A stretch of 64,000 bases of DNA from Lingula anatina (GCA_051362555.1 CM120647.1:2852001-2916000), one strand, 5' to 3'; shown: positions 30,001 through 44,016, counted from the stretch's first letter. Numbers and translations are program-made. The notes: generated by a model from the letters alone, not told the origin.

Positions 30001-33000
30001 TGTTTTTATATATTGAGATGAATGTAAACGGCTATGTTTACACTTTCTTTCTTTGTGCTCATTGTCATTAAGGTGCACGTTACAATTGTCAATGTACATA
30101 CAAATATTTATTTTGATCACTGTGTATGTTTGTGTTGGTACTGTTTGTGTCTGCATGCTATTCTGAGCACTGTGTAAGTATGATTGTCCTATTTGTTTGT
30201 AATCATTATCAATTACTGTGCATGTTTATGCTGTCATTGAATGTGTTAATTTGTATTTATTATGATCATTGTGTATGTTTGCATAATTACTGATGATGTT
30301 AGTATTTATTGTGAGCACTGTGCATGTCAGTTTTGTCACTTTATTTGTTTGTAATCATTACTATTGCGCTGAATAATGCTGTCGTCAATGAATGTCTTTG
30401 TGTCTGTTAATATTATTTGCTGTGTACATTCTGTATTCTTACTGAATGAGTATGTATATAATGTGAAGAATGTGTACAGCTATGTTTTCACTCATTTTCC
30501 TTGTATTTGTTGTCATTACAGTGCACGTTACTGTTGTCACTGTACATTTTAATATTTATTTTGATCACTGTGTATATCTGTGTTTTCACTACATCACTGA
30601 TCACTGTGTATGACTGTGTTATCACCCAATTAATTTGTGTTCATTCTGGTAACTGTGCATGGTTGTGTCACTTGTGTACATGTCAAATTCTTTTGTGAAT
30701 CACTGTATGTGTAGTCTGTATTGTGACTGTGTTTGTTTGAATATATTTTGATTACTGTGCATATTTGTGTTGTCACTGTTCAAGTTTGTATTTATTCTCA
30801 GCACTATGTATGTCAGTTTGTCGCTCAATTTGTTTGTTATCATTACTATTGCGCTGCATGATGGTGTTGTCAATGTATGTCTATGTGTCTGTTTATATTG
30901 TGTTTGCTGTGTCCATTCTATATTGTTACTGAATGTGTGTGTATATATTGTGATAAATGTGTACGGCTATGTTTTCACTTTCTTTCCTTGTGTTCATTGT
31001 CATTATGGGGCACGTTACAATTGTCAATGTTCATGTAAATATTTATTTTGATCACTGTGTATGTTTGTGCTGTTACTGTTTGTATCTGCATATGATTCTG
31101 AGCACTGTGTAAGTCTGTTTGTCCTATTTGTTTGTAATCATTATCAATTACTGTGCATGTTTATGCTGTCAATGTTTGTGTTTGTATTTATTATGATCAC
31201 TGTGTATGTTTGTGTCATTAATGTTAATGTTTGTATTTATTGTGAGCACTGTGCATGTCAGTATTGTCACTTTATTTGTTTGTAATCATTACTATTGTGC
31301 TGAATAATTGTGTGGTAAATATAGGTCTGTGTGTCTGTTTACATTATTTGCTGTGTCTACTCTGAATTCTTTCTGAATTTGTTTGTGTATATTGTGAGGA
31401 ATGTGTACGCGTATGTTTTCACTGTTTTTCCTTGTATTTGTTGTCATTCTGGTGCATGTTATTGTTGTCAATGTACATGTTAATATATTTTGATCACTGT
31501 ATATGTTTGTGTCATTACTGTTGGTGTTTGTATTTATTGTGAGCAGTGTGTATATCAATTTTGTCACTCTATTTGTTTGTTATCATTACTATTGCGCTGC
31601 ATTTTTATGTTGTCACTGTATATCTATGTGTCTGTTCATATTGTGTTTGCTGTGTCAATTTATTGTTTGTAATCATTACTATTGCACTGATTAATGGTGT
31701 TGTCAATGTATGTCTATGTGTCTGTTTATATTGTGTTTGCTGTGTCCATTCTATATTGTTACTAAATGAGTTTGTATGTATTGTGATGAACGTGTACGAC
31801 TATGTTTTCACTTTCTTTCCTTGTGTTCTTTGTCATTAAGGTGCATGTTACAATTATCAATGTTCATGTAAATATTTATTTTGATCACTGTGTATATCTC
31901 TGTTTTCACTACATCACTGATCACTGTGTATGACTGTTTAATTACCCAATTTATTTGTGTTCATTCTGGTAACTGAGCATGGTTTTGTCACTGTACATGT
32001 CAATATTTTTTGTGATCACTGTGTAGTCTGTATTGTGAATGTGTTTGTTTGTATTTATTTTGATTACTGTACATATTTGTGCTGTCACTGTTCGAGTATG
32101 TATTTATTGTCAGCACTGTGTATGTCAGTTTTGTCACTTAATTTGTTTGTAATCATTGCTATTGCGCTGCATGATGGTGTTGTCAATGTATGTCTATGTG
32201 TCTGTTTATATTGTGTTTGCTGTGTCCAATCTATATTGTTACTGAATGTGTGTATATATATTGTGATGAATGTGTATGGCTATGTTTTCACTTTCTTTCC
32301 TTGTGTTCATTGTCATTACAGGGCACGTTACAATTGTCAATGTTCATGTAAATATTTATTTTGATCACTATGTATGTTTGTGTTGGTACTGTTTGTATCT
32401 GCATACTATTCTGAGCACTGTGTAAGTATGTTTGTCCTATTTGTTTGTAATCATTATCAATTACTGTGCATGTTTATGCTGTCATTGAATCTGTTAATTT
32501 GTATTTATTATGATCACTGTGTATGTTTGTAATCATTACTGATGATGTTAGTATTTATTATGAGGACTTTGCATGTCAGTTTTGTCACTTTATTTGTTTG
32601 TAATCATTATCATTGCGCTGAATAATAGTGCTGTCAATGAATGTCTTTGTGTCTGATAATATTTAATATTATTTGCTGTGTCCATTCCGTATTATTACTG
32701 AATGAGTTTGTATATATTGTGAAGAATGTGTACAGCTATGTTTTCACTCATTTTCCTTGTATTTGTTGTCATTACAGTGCACGTTACTCTTGTCACTATA
32801 CATTTTAATATTTATTTGGATCACTGTGTATATCTGTGTTTTCACTACATCACTGATCACTGTGTATGACTGTGTAATCACCCAATTAATTTGTGTTCAT
32901 TCTGGTAACTGTGCATGGTTGTGTCACTTGTGTACATGTCAAATTCTTTTGTGAATCACTGTACGTGTAGTCTGTATTGTGACTGTGTTTGTTTGTATTT

Positions 33001-36000
33001 ATTTTGATTACTGTGCATATTTGTGTTGTCACTGTTCAAATTTGTATTTATTGTCAACACTGTGTATGTCAGTTTTGTCATTTTATTTGTTTGTAATCAT
33101 TGCTATTGCGCTGCATGATGGTGTTGTCAATGTATGTCTATGTGTCTGTTTATATTGTGTTTGCTGTGTTCATTCTGTATTGTTACTGAATGTGTTTGTA
33201 TATATTGTGATGAATATGTATGGCTATGTTTACACTTCTTTCATTGTGTTCATTGTCATTAAGGTGCACGTTACAATTGTCAATGTACATACAAATATTT
33301 ATTTTGATCACTGTGTATGTTTGTGTTGTTACTGTTTGTGTCTGCATACGATACTGAGCACTGTGTAAGTCTGGTTGTCTTATTTGTTTGTAATCATTGT
33401 AAATTACTGTTCATGTTTTCGCTGTCATTGTTTGTGTTTGTATTTATTATGATCACTGTGTATGTTTGCATCATTACTGATGATGTTTGTATTTATTGTG
33501 AGCACTGTGCATGTCAGTTTTGTCACTTTATTTGGTTGTAATCATTACTATTGTGCTGAATAATGCTGTTGTCAATGTATGCCTTTGTGTCTCTTTATAT
33601 TGTGTTTGCTGTGTTCATTCTGTATTGTTACTGAATGTTTTTGTATATATTGTGATGAATGTGTATGGCTATGTTTTCTCTTTTTTCCTTGTGTTCATTG
33701 TCATTATGGGGTACATTACAATTGTCAATGTACATGTAAATATTTATTTTGATCACTGTGTATGTTTGTGCTCTTACTGTTTGTATCTGCATACGATTCT
33801 GAGCACTGTGTATGTCTGTTTGTCCTATTTGTTTGTAATCATTATCAATTACTGTGCATGTTTATGCTGTCAATGTTTGTGTTTGTATTTATTATGATCA
33901 CTGTGTATGTTTTTGTCATTAATGTTAAAGTTTGTATTTATTGTGAGCACTGTGCATGTCAGTATTGTCACTTTATTTGTTTGTAATCATTACTATTGTG
34001 CTGAATAATTGTGTGGTAAATATAGGTCTGTGTGTCTGTTTATATTATTTGTTGTGTCTACTCTGAATTCTTTCTGAATTTGTTTGTGTATATTGTGAGG
34101 AATGTGTACGCCTATGTTTTCACTGTTTTTCCTTGTATTTGTTGTCATTCTGGTGCATGTTATTGTTGTCAATGTACATGTTAATATATTTTGATCACTG
34201 TATATGTTTGTGTCATTACTGTTGGTGTTTGTATTTATTGTGAGCAGTGTGTTTATCAGTTTTGTCACTCTATTTGTTTGTTATCATTACTATTGCGCTG
34301 CATTTTTATGTTGTCACTGTATATCTATGTGTCTGTTCATATTCTGTTTGCTGTGTCTATTCTGTATTGTTACTGAATGTGTTTATAAATATTGTATTAG
34401 CAGTGTAGGGCTTCTTCAATCTTTTTCCTTGTGTTCATTCTGGTAACTGTGCATGGCTGTGTCACTGTACATGTCAAATTTTTTTGTGATCACTGTGTAG
34501 CCTGTATTGTGTCTGTGTTTGTATTTATTTTGATTACTGTGCATGTTTGTGTTGTCACTGTTCAAGTTTGTATTTATTGTCAGCACTGTGTATGTCAGTT
34601 TTGTCACTCTATTTGTTTATTATTATTATTATTACTATTGCGCTGCATGATGGTGTTGTCAGTGTATGTCTATGTGTCTTTTTATATTGGGTTTGCTGTG
34701 TCCATTCTATATTGTTACTAAATGTGTTTTTATATATTGAGATGAATGTAAACGGCTATGTTTACACTTTCTTTCTTTGTGCTCATTGTCATTAAGGTGC
34801 ACGTTACAATTGTCAATGTACATACAAATATTTATTTTGATCACTGTGTATGTTTGTGTTGGTACTGTTTGTGTCTGCATGCTATTCTGAGCACTGTGTA
34901 AGTATGATTGTCCTATTTGTTTGTAATCATTATCAATTACTGTGCATGTTTATGCTGTCATTGAATGTGTTAATTTGTATTTATTATGATCATTGTGTAT
35001 GTTTGCATAATTACTGATGATGTTAGTATTTATTGTGAGCACTGTGCATGTCAGTTTTGTCACTTTATTTGGTTGTAATCATTACTATTGTGCTGAATAA
35101 TGCTGTTGTCAATGTATGCCTTTGTGTCTCTTTATATTGTGTTTGCTGTGTTCATTCTGTATTGTTACTGAATGTTTTTGTATATATTGTGATGAATGTG
35201 TATGGCTATGTTTTCTCTTTTTTCCTTGTGTTCATTGTCATTATGGGGTACATTACAATTGTCAATGTACATGTAAATATTTATTTTGATCACTGTGTAT
35301 GTTTGTGCTCTTACTGTTTGTATCTGCATACGATTCTGAGCACTGTGTATGTCTGTTTGTCCTATTTGTTTGTAATCATTATCAATTACTGTGCATGTTT
35401 ATGCTGTCAATGTTTGTGTTTGTATTTATTATGATCACTGTGTATGTTTTTGTCATTAATGTTAAAGTTTGTATTTATTGTGAGCACTGTGCATGTCAGT
35501 ATTGTCACTTTATTTGTTTGTAATCATTACTATTGTGCTGAATAATTGTGTGGTAAATATAGGTCTGTGTGTCTGTTTATATTATTTGTTGTGTCTACTC
35601 TGAATTCTTTCTGAATTTGTTTGTGTATATTGTGAGGAATGTGTACGCCTATGTTTTCACTGTTTTTCCTTGTATTTGTTGTCATTCTGGTGCATGTTAT
35701 TGTTGTCAATGTACATGTTAATATATTTTGATCACTGTATATGTTTGTGTCATTACTGTTGGTGTTTGTATTTATTGTGAGCAGTGTGTTTATCAGTTTT
35801 GTCACTCTATTTGTTTGTTATCATTACTATTGCGCTGCATTTTTATGTTGTCACTGTATATCTATGTGTCTGTTCATATTCTGTTTGCTGTGTCTATTCT
35901 GTATTGTTACTGAATGTGTTTATAAATATTGTATTAGCAGTGTAGGGCTTCTTCAATCTTTTTCCTTGTGTTCATTCTGGTAACTGTGCATGGCTGTGTC

Positions 36001-37914
36001 ACTGTACATGTCAAATTTTTTTGTGATCACTGTGTAGCCTGTATTGTGTCTGTGTTTGTATTTATTTTGATTACTGTGCATGTTTGTGTTGTCACTGTTC
36101 AAGTTTGTATTTATTGTCAGCACTGTGTATGTCAGTTTTGTCACTCTATTTGTTTATTATTATTATTATTACTATTGCGCTGCATGATGGTGTTGTCAGT
36201 GTATGTCTATGTGTCTTTTTATATTGGGTTTGCTGTGTCCATTCTATATTGTTACTAAATGTGTTTTTATATATTGAGATGAATGTAAACGGCTATGTTT
36301 ACACTTTCTTTCTTTGTGCTCATTGTCATTAAGGTGCACGTTACAATTGTCAATGTACATACAAATATTTATTTTGATCACTGTGTATGTTTGTGTTGGT
36401 ACTGTTTGTGTCTGCATGCTATTCTGAGCACTGTGTAAGTATGATTGTCCTATTTGTTTGTAATCATTATCAATTACTGTGCATGTTTATGCTGTCATTG
36501 AATGTGTTAATTTGTATTTATTATGATCATTGTGTATGTTTGCATAATTACTGATGATGTTAGTATTTATTGTGAGCACTGTGCATGTCAGTTTTGTCAC
36601 TTTATTTGTTTGTAATCATTACTATTGCGCTGAATAATGCTGTCGTCAATGAATGTCTTTGTGTCTGTTAATATTATTTGCTGTGTACATTCTGTATTGT
36701 TACTGAATGAGTATGTATATAATGTGAAGAATGTGTACAGCTATGTTTTCACTCATTTTCCTTGTATTTGTTGTCATTACAGTGCACGTTACTGTTGTCA
36801 CTGTACATTTTAATATTTATTTTGATCACTGTGTATATCTGTGTTTTCACTACATCACTGATCACTGTGTATGACTGTGTTATCACCCAATTAATTTGTG
36901 TTCATTCTGGTAACTGTGCATGGTTGTGTCACTTGTGTACATGTCAAATTCTTTTGTGAATCACTGTATGTGTAGTCTGTATTGTGACTGTGTTTGTTTG
37001 AATATATTTTGATTACTGTGCATATTTGTGTTGTCACTGTTCAAGTTTGTATTTATTCTCAGCACTATGTATGTCAGTTTGTCGCTCAATTTGTTTGTTA
37101 TCATTACTATTGCGCTGCATGATGGTGTTGTCAATGTATGTCTATGTGTCTGTTTATATTGTGTTTGCTGTGTCCATTCTATATTGTTACTGAATGTGTG
37201 TGTATATATTGTGATAAATGTGTACGGCTATGTTTTCACTTTCTTTCCTTGTGTTCATTGTCATTATGGGGCACGTTACAATTGTCAATGTTCATGTAAA
37301 TATTTATTTTGATCACTGTGTATGTTTGTGCTGTTACTGTTTGTATCTGCATATGATTCTGAGCACTGTGTAAGTCTGTTTGTCCTATTTGTTTGTAATC
37401 ATTATCAATTACTGTGCATGTTTATGCTGTCAATGTTTGTGTTTGTATTTATTATGATCACTGTGTATGTTTGTGTCATTAATGTTAATGTTTGTATTTA
37501 TTGTGAGCACTGTGCATGTCAGTATTGTCACTTTATTTGTTTGTAATCATTACTATTGTGCTGAATAATTGTGTGGTAAATATAGGTCTGTGTGTCTGTT
37601 TACATTATTTGCTGTGTCTACTCTGAATTCTTTCTGAATTTGTTTGTGTATATTGTGAGGAATGTGTACGCGTATGTTTTCACTGTTTTTCCTTGTATTT
37701 GTTGTCATTCTGGTGCATGTTATTGTTGTCAATGTACATGTTAATATATTTTGATCACTGTTTATGTTTGTGTCATTACTGTTGGTGTTTGTATTTATTG
37801 TGAGCAGTGTGTATATCAGTTTTGTCACTCTATTTGTTTGTTATCATTACTATTGCGCTGCATTTTTATGTTGTCACTGTATATCTATGTGTCTGTTCAT
37901 ATTCTGTTTGCTGT
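21079..37914 (+). repeat. 4,724 bp higher-order repeat, a little over three near-identical tandem copies
   Basis: Identical or near-identical translations at exact +4724 steps: 21844/26568/31292, 22509/27233/31957, 23531/28255/32979, 24545/29269/33993. The next copy at 37553 equals 31292+4724+1537. Confidence 0.93.
33511..36584 (+). repeat. 1,537 bp tandem duplication inside the third 4,724 bp unit
   Basis: ORF pairs 33511/35048, 33993/35530, 34204/35741 and 34547/36084 are all +1537. Both copies share the variant GTGTTTATCAG (MTKLINT in translation), where earlier units read GTGTATATCAG. Confidence 0.9.
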
Positions 37915-40900
37915 GTCTATTCTGTATTGTTACTGAAAGTGTTTATATATATTGTATTGGCGGTGTAGGGCTTCTTCAATCTTTTTCCTTGTGTTCATTC
38001 TGGTAACTGTGCATGGCTGTGTCACTGTACATGTCAAATTTTTTTGTGATCACTGTGAAGCCTGTATTGTGTCTGTGTTTGTATTTATTTTGATTACTGT
38101 GCATGTTTGTGTTGTCACTGTTCAAGTTTGTATTTATTGTCAGCACTGTGTATGTCAGTTTTGTCACTCTATTTGTTTATTATTATTATTACTATTGCGC
38201 TGCATGATGGTGTTGTCAATGTATGTCTATGTGTCTTTTTATATTGGGTTTGCTGTGTCCATTCTATATTGTTACTAAATGTGTTTTTATATATTGAGAT
38301 GAATGTAAACGGCTATGTTTACACTTTCTTTCTTTGTGCTCATTGTCATTAAGGTGCACGTTACAATTGTCAATGTACATACAAATATTTATTTTGATCA
38401 CTGTGTATGTTTGTGTTGTTACTGTTTGTGTCTGCATATGATACTGGGCACTGTGTAAGTCTGTTTGTCCTATTTGTTTGTAATCATTATAAATTACTGT
38501 GCATGTTTATGGTGTCATTGTTTTTGTTTGTATTTATTATGATCACTGTCTATGTTTGGATCATTACTGTTAATGTTTGTATTTATTATAAGCACTATAT
38601 ATGTCGATTTTGTCACTCTATTTGTTTATAATCATTACTATTGAGCTGAATGATGGTGTTGTCAATGTATGTCTATGGGTCTGCTTATATTGTGTTTGCT
38701 GTGTCCATTCTATATTGTTACTGAATGTGTTTGTATATATTGTGAAGAATGTGTACAGCTATGTTTTCACTCATTTTTCTTGTATTTGTTGTCATTACAG
38801 TGCATGTTACTGTTGTCACTGTAAATGTTAATATTTATTTCAATTAATTGCTGATTGCTGTGTATGACTGTTTAATTACACAATTTATTTGTGTTCATTC
38901 TGGTAACTGTGCATGGTTTTGTCACTGTACATGTCAAAATTTTTTGTGATCACTGTGTAGTCTGTATTTTGACAGTGTTTGTATTTATTTTGATTACTGT
39001 GCATGTTTGTGCTATCACTGTTCGAGTATGTATTTTTTCTCAGCACTATGTATGTCAGTTTGTCGCTCTATTTGTTTGTAATCATTACTATTGCGCTGAA
39101 TGATGGTGTTGTCAATGTATGTCTATGTGTCTGTTTATATTGTGTTTGCTGTGTCCATTCTATATTGTTACTGAATGTGTTTTTATGAATGTGTACGGCT
39201 ATGTTTTCTCTTTCTTTCCTTGTGTTCATTGTCATTACGGGGCACGTTACAATTGTCAATGTTCATGTAAATATTTATTTTGATCACTGTGTATGTTTGT
39301 GTTGGTACTGTTTGTGTCTGCATGCTATTCTGAGCACTGTGTAAGTATGATTGTCCTATTTGTTTGTAATCATTATCAATTACTGTGCATGTTTATGCTG
39401 TCATTGAATGTGTTAATTTGTATTTATTATGATCATTGTGTATGTTTGCATAATTACTGATGATGTTAGTATTTATTGTGAGCACTGTGCATGTCAGTTT
39501 TGTCACTTTATTTGTTTGTAATCATTACTATTGCGCTGAATAATGCTGTCGTCAATGAATGTCTTTGTGTCTGTTAATATTATTTGCTGTGTACATTCTG
39601 TATTGTTACTGAATGAGTATGTATATAATGTGAAGAATGTGTACAGCTATGTTTTCACTCATTTTCCTTGTATTTGTTGTCATTACAGTGCACGTTACTG
39701 TTGTCACTGTACATTTTAATATTTATTTTGATCACTGTGTATATCTGTGTTTTCACTATATCACTGATCACTGTGTATGACTGTGTTATCACCCAATTAA
39801 TTTATGTTCATTCTGGTCACTCTGCATGGTTGTGTCACTTGTGTACATGTCAAATTCTTTTGTGAATCACTGTATGTGTAGTCTGTATTGTGACTGTGTT
39901 TGTTTGAATATATTTTGATTACTGTGCATATTTGTGTTGTCACTGTTCCAGTTTGTACTTATTCTCAGCACTATGTATGTCAGTTTGTCGCTCAATTTGT
40001 TTGTTATCATTACTATTGCGCTGCATGATGGTGTTGTCAATGTATGTCTATGTGTCTGTTTATATTGTGTTTGCTGTGTCCATTCTATATTGTTACTGAA
40101 TGTGTGTGTATATATTGTGATAAATGTGTACGGCTATGTTTTCACTTTCTTTCCTTGTGTTCATTGTCATTATGGGGCACGTTACAATTGTCAATGTTCA
40201 TGTAAATATTTATTTTGATCACTGTGTATGTTTGTGCTGTTACTGTTTGTATCTGCATATGATTCTGAGCACTGTGTAAGTCTGTTTGTCCTATTTGTTT
40301 GTAATCATTATCAATTACTGTGCATGTTTATGCTGTCAATGTTTGTGTTTGTATTTATTATGATCACTGTGTATGTTTGTGTCATTAATGTTAATGTTTG
40401 TATTTATTGTGAGCACTGTGCATGTCAGTATTGTCACTTTATTTGTTTGTAATCATTACTATTGTGCTGAATAATTGTGTGGTAAATATAGGTCTGTGTG
40501 TCTGTTTACATTATTTGCTGTGTCTACTCTGAATTCTTTCTGAATTAGTTTGTGTATATTGTGAGGAATGTGTACGCGTATGTTTTCACTGTTTTTCCTT
40601 GTATTTGTTGTCATTCTGGTGCATGTTATTGTTGTCAATGTACATGTTAATATATTTTGATCACTGTATATGTTTGTGTCATTACTGTTGGTGTTTGTAT
40701 TTATTGTGAGCAGTGTGTATATCAGTTTTGTCACTCTATTTGTTTGTTATCATTACTATTGCGCTGCATTTTTATGTTGTCACTGTATATCTATGTGTCT
40801 GTTCATATTCTGTTTGCTGTGTCTATTCTGTATTGTTACTGAATGTGTTTATATATATTGTATTGGCGGTGTAGGGCTTCTTCAATCTTTTTCCTTGTGT

Positions 40901-43101
40901 TCATTCTGGTAACTGTGCATGGCTGTGTCACTGTACATGTCAAATTTTTTTGTGATCACTGTGTAGCCTGTATTGTGTCTGTGTTTGTTTATATTTACTT
41001 TGATTACTGTGCATGTTTGTGTTGTCACTGTTCAAGTTTGTATTTATTGTCAGCACTGTGTATGTCAGTTTTGTCACTCTATTAGTTTATTATTATTATT
41101 ACTATTGCACTGCATGATGGTGTTGTCAATGTATGTCTATGTGAATCTTTATATTGTGTTTGCTGTGTCCATTCTATATTGTTACTGAATGTGTGTATAT
41201 ATATTGTGATGAATGTGTATGGCTATGTTTTCACTTTCTTTCCTTGTGTTCATTGTCATTAAGGTGCACGTTACAATTGTCAATGTACATACAAATATTT
41301 ATTTTGTGTATGTTTGTGTTGTTACTGTTTGTGTCTGCATATGATTCTCAGCACTGTGTAAGTCTGTTTGTCATATTTGTTTGTAATCATTATAAATTAC
41401 TGTTCATGTTTTTGCTGTCATTGTTTGTGTTTGTATTTATTATGATCACTGTGTATGTTTTTGTCTTTAATGTTGATGTTTGTATTTATTGTGAGCACTG
41501 TGCATGTCAGTATTTTCACTTTATTTGGTTGTAATCATTACTATTGTGCTGAATAATGCTGTTGTCAATGTATGCCTTTGTGTCTCTTTATATTGTGTTT
41601 GCTGTGTTCATTCTGTATTGTTACTGAATGTTTTTGTATATATTGTGATGAATGTGTATGGCTATGTTTTCTCTTTTTTCCTTGTGTTCATTGTCATTAT
41701 GGGGTACATTACAATTGTCAATGTACATGTAAATATTTATTTTGATCACTGTGTATGTTTGTGCTCTTACTGTTTGTGTTTGTATTTTTTATGATCACTG
41801 TGTATGTTTGTGTCATTAATGTTAATGTTAATGTTTGTATTTATTGTGAGCACTGTGCATGTCAGTATTGTCACTTTATTTGTTTGTAATCATTACTATT
41901 TTAATGCATTTTAATGTTGTCACTGTATGTCTATGTGTCTGTTGATATTTTTTGGCTGTGTCTATTCTGTATTGTTGCTGAATGTGTTTATATATATTGT
42001 GATGATGGTGTAGGGCTGTCTTTACTCTTTTTCCTTGTGTTTATTCTCATTACGGTGCATGTTATAATTGTGAATGTACATGTAAATATTTATTTTGATC
42101 ACTGTGAATGTTTGTGTTGTTACTGTTTGTAACTGCATACGATTCTGAGCACTGTGTAAGTCTGTTTGTCCTATTTTTTTCAATCATTGTCAATTACTGT
42201 ACATGTTTATGGTGTCATTGTTTGTGTTTGTATTTATTATGATCACTGTCTATGTTTGCATCATTACTGATGATGTTAGTATTTATTGTGAGCACTGTGC
42301 ATGTCAGTATTGTCACTTTATTTGGTTGTAATCATTACTATTGTGCTGAATAATGCTGTAAATATTTTTGTTGACCACTGTGTATGTATATATTTTTACT
42401 GTTTGTGTCTGCATGCTATTCTGAGCACTGTGTAAGTCTGTTTGTCCTATTTGTTTGTAAACATCATCAATTACTTTGCATGTTTAAACTCTCACTGAAT
42501 ATGTTAAATTATACTTATTATGATCACTATGAATGTTTGTGTCTTTAATGTTGATGTTTGTATTTATTGTGAGCACTGTGCATGTCAGTTTTGTCACTTA
42601 ATTTGGTTGTAATCATTACTATTGTGCTGAATAATGCTGTTGTCAATGTATGTCTTTGTGTCTCTTTATATTGTGGTTGCTGTGTCCATTCTATATTGTT
42701 ACTGAATGTGTGTGTGTATATTGTGATGAATGTGTATGGCTATGTTTTCACTTTCTTTCCTTGTGTTCATTGTCATTACGGGGCACGTTACAATTGTCAG
42801 TGTACATTTCACAGCCAAGAAGGAACAAACACTCCAGTTTCTCCCAGATTTTTATTTCAGCTTCCCTGCTCCTATAACTGCTACAGCTACTATTACCACT
42901 CCTCCTTTTACTGCTGAAGGGCTATGGAAGGCCCTCCTTTATTGTGGTCTCTATACAATGGGATACTTTAGAAATATATATATATATATGCTAATGGTTT
43001 ATATAGGGTCAGTACATGCAATACAATGGGGGTTCTTAGAAAAGTGACTATTAGTGATGTGTACATGGAATAAAGCAGTCAGACGGAGACAGATGTCTGA
43101 A

Positions 43102-44016
43102 GCTTGCAATGCTGAGGTGAGATGGACATGTAACATCTCAGAGTTATAATTTTTCATACTACACTATTTAATTGTCTTATTGAGTTATGATATGGCTCCC
43201 TCTGCCAGAAAGTTTCATGCCCGAAACTATTTTAAAACAGTATAACAGAGATAAACAATTTTCTACAGAACAAATCTTGAGCTCACCCATTATCTTTATA
43301 TATCTATATATAATTATGTATTCGAGACAAACAAAAAAAATCTAATTATTTCTCAGGTCCATGACCATTATACAACACATTTACAAGAACAAATTTTGAG
43401 TTGACCCATTACCTTTATTTGTCTATATATAAGTATGTATTCGAGACAAAAATCTACCATGACCATTATACAAGACATTTACAAGAACAAATTTTGAGTT
43501 GACCCATTACCTTTATATATCTATATATAATTATGTATTCCTGACAAGGGAAAAAAATCTAATTATTTCTCAGAACCATTACCATTATATAACACATTTA
43601 CAAGTGTATTCTATCACAAGTCAATGGTAAATAACAAATTACAGGTTAAGTCATATCTACGATTTTACATTTACAATGGAATAAGGAAACAATATATATG
43701 TTCTAAGTACTGCACATACTATAACTACAAAATGGCAAACTCTGGAACAGAGACAGTCACTAGGAGACATCAATATGGTTGGTGGAATTTATCAAACATT
43801 GATCAATGCTGATTGATCTCTACCAGTATAAGTATAAGGGTGTCACCTATTGTGTACGATACAAGCTTAGTTCATTATGGGTATGTAATAGGTTCTCCTG
43901 TGGTGTAATGCAACAAGATGTGACTGCTTGCAATGCTAAGGTGAGATGGACATGTAACATCTCAGAGTTATAATTTTTCATACCACACTATTTAATTGTC
44001 TTATTGAGTTATGATA
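43102..44016 (+). repeat. Pair of 91 bp direct repeats (43102-43192 and 43926-44016) within the insertion
   Basis: GCTTGCAATGCT(G/A)AGGTGAGATGGACATGTAACATCTCAGAG...TTGAGTTATGATA occurs twice, 824 bp apart, with 2 mismatches seen. Confidence 0.93.
43262..43604 (+). repeat. Three tandem copies of a ~100-120 bp unit inside the insertion
   Basis: AGAACAAAT(C/T)TTGAG...CCCATTA...TTATGTATTC...CCATTATA...CATTT recurs at about 43267, 43386 and 43484. The middle copy has a ~20 bp deletion. Confidence 0.9.

Larger units (their letters stand above)
1..42807 (+). repeat. Complex TG-rich satellite array (unit ~440-450 bp plus longer variants, built from ~49-50 bp sub-monomers); continues beyond the left window edge
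   Basis: Motifs such as ATTTATTTTGATCACTGTGTATGTTTGTG, GATGGTGTTGTCAATGTATGTC and TTCATTCTGGTAACTGTGCATGG recur throughout. Equivalent ORF starts at 4320 and 4765 are 445 bp apart. T/G strongly exceed A/C on the + strand. Confidence 0.97.
42808..44016. mobile_element. Unclassified ~1.2 kb non-coding insertion, probably a non-autonomous element, with candidate 5 bp target-site duplication TACAT
   Basis: The satellite breaks after GTCAGTGTACAT (TACAT at 42803-42807) and resumes in register at TACATGCAAATATTTATTTTGATC (44017-44021). The consensus empty site is GTCAATGTACATGTAAATATTT. No recognisable ORF lies inside. Confidence 0.7.

Noticed and set aside
4996-40734. Recurrent 91 aa minus-strand ORF (MTKLIYTLL...) conserved in many copies
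   Set aside because: Conservation only reflects recent DNA duplication. The sequence is low-complexity Thr/Asn/Ile with no recognisable domain.
42849-43047. Possible exon after TTTTATTTCAG (FPAPITATATITTPPF...)
   Set aside because: It lies within an insertion, with no recognisable homology or partner exons. RNA-seq evidence would be needed.
43102-44016. LTR retrotransposon or TRIM, or a hammerhead ribozyme, in the direct repeats
   Set aside because: The repeats lack TG...CA ends, are not both terminal, and show no PBS or polypurine tract that I could identify. I saw no CTGANGA...GAAA hammerhead core in the repeats.
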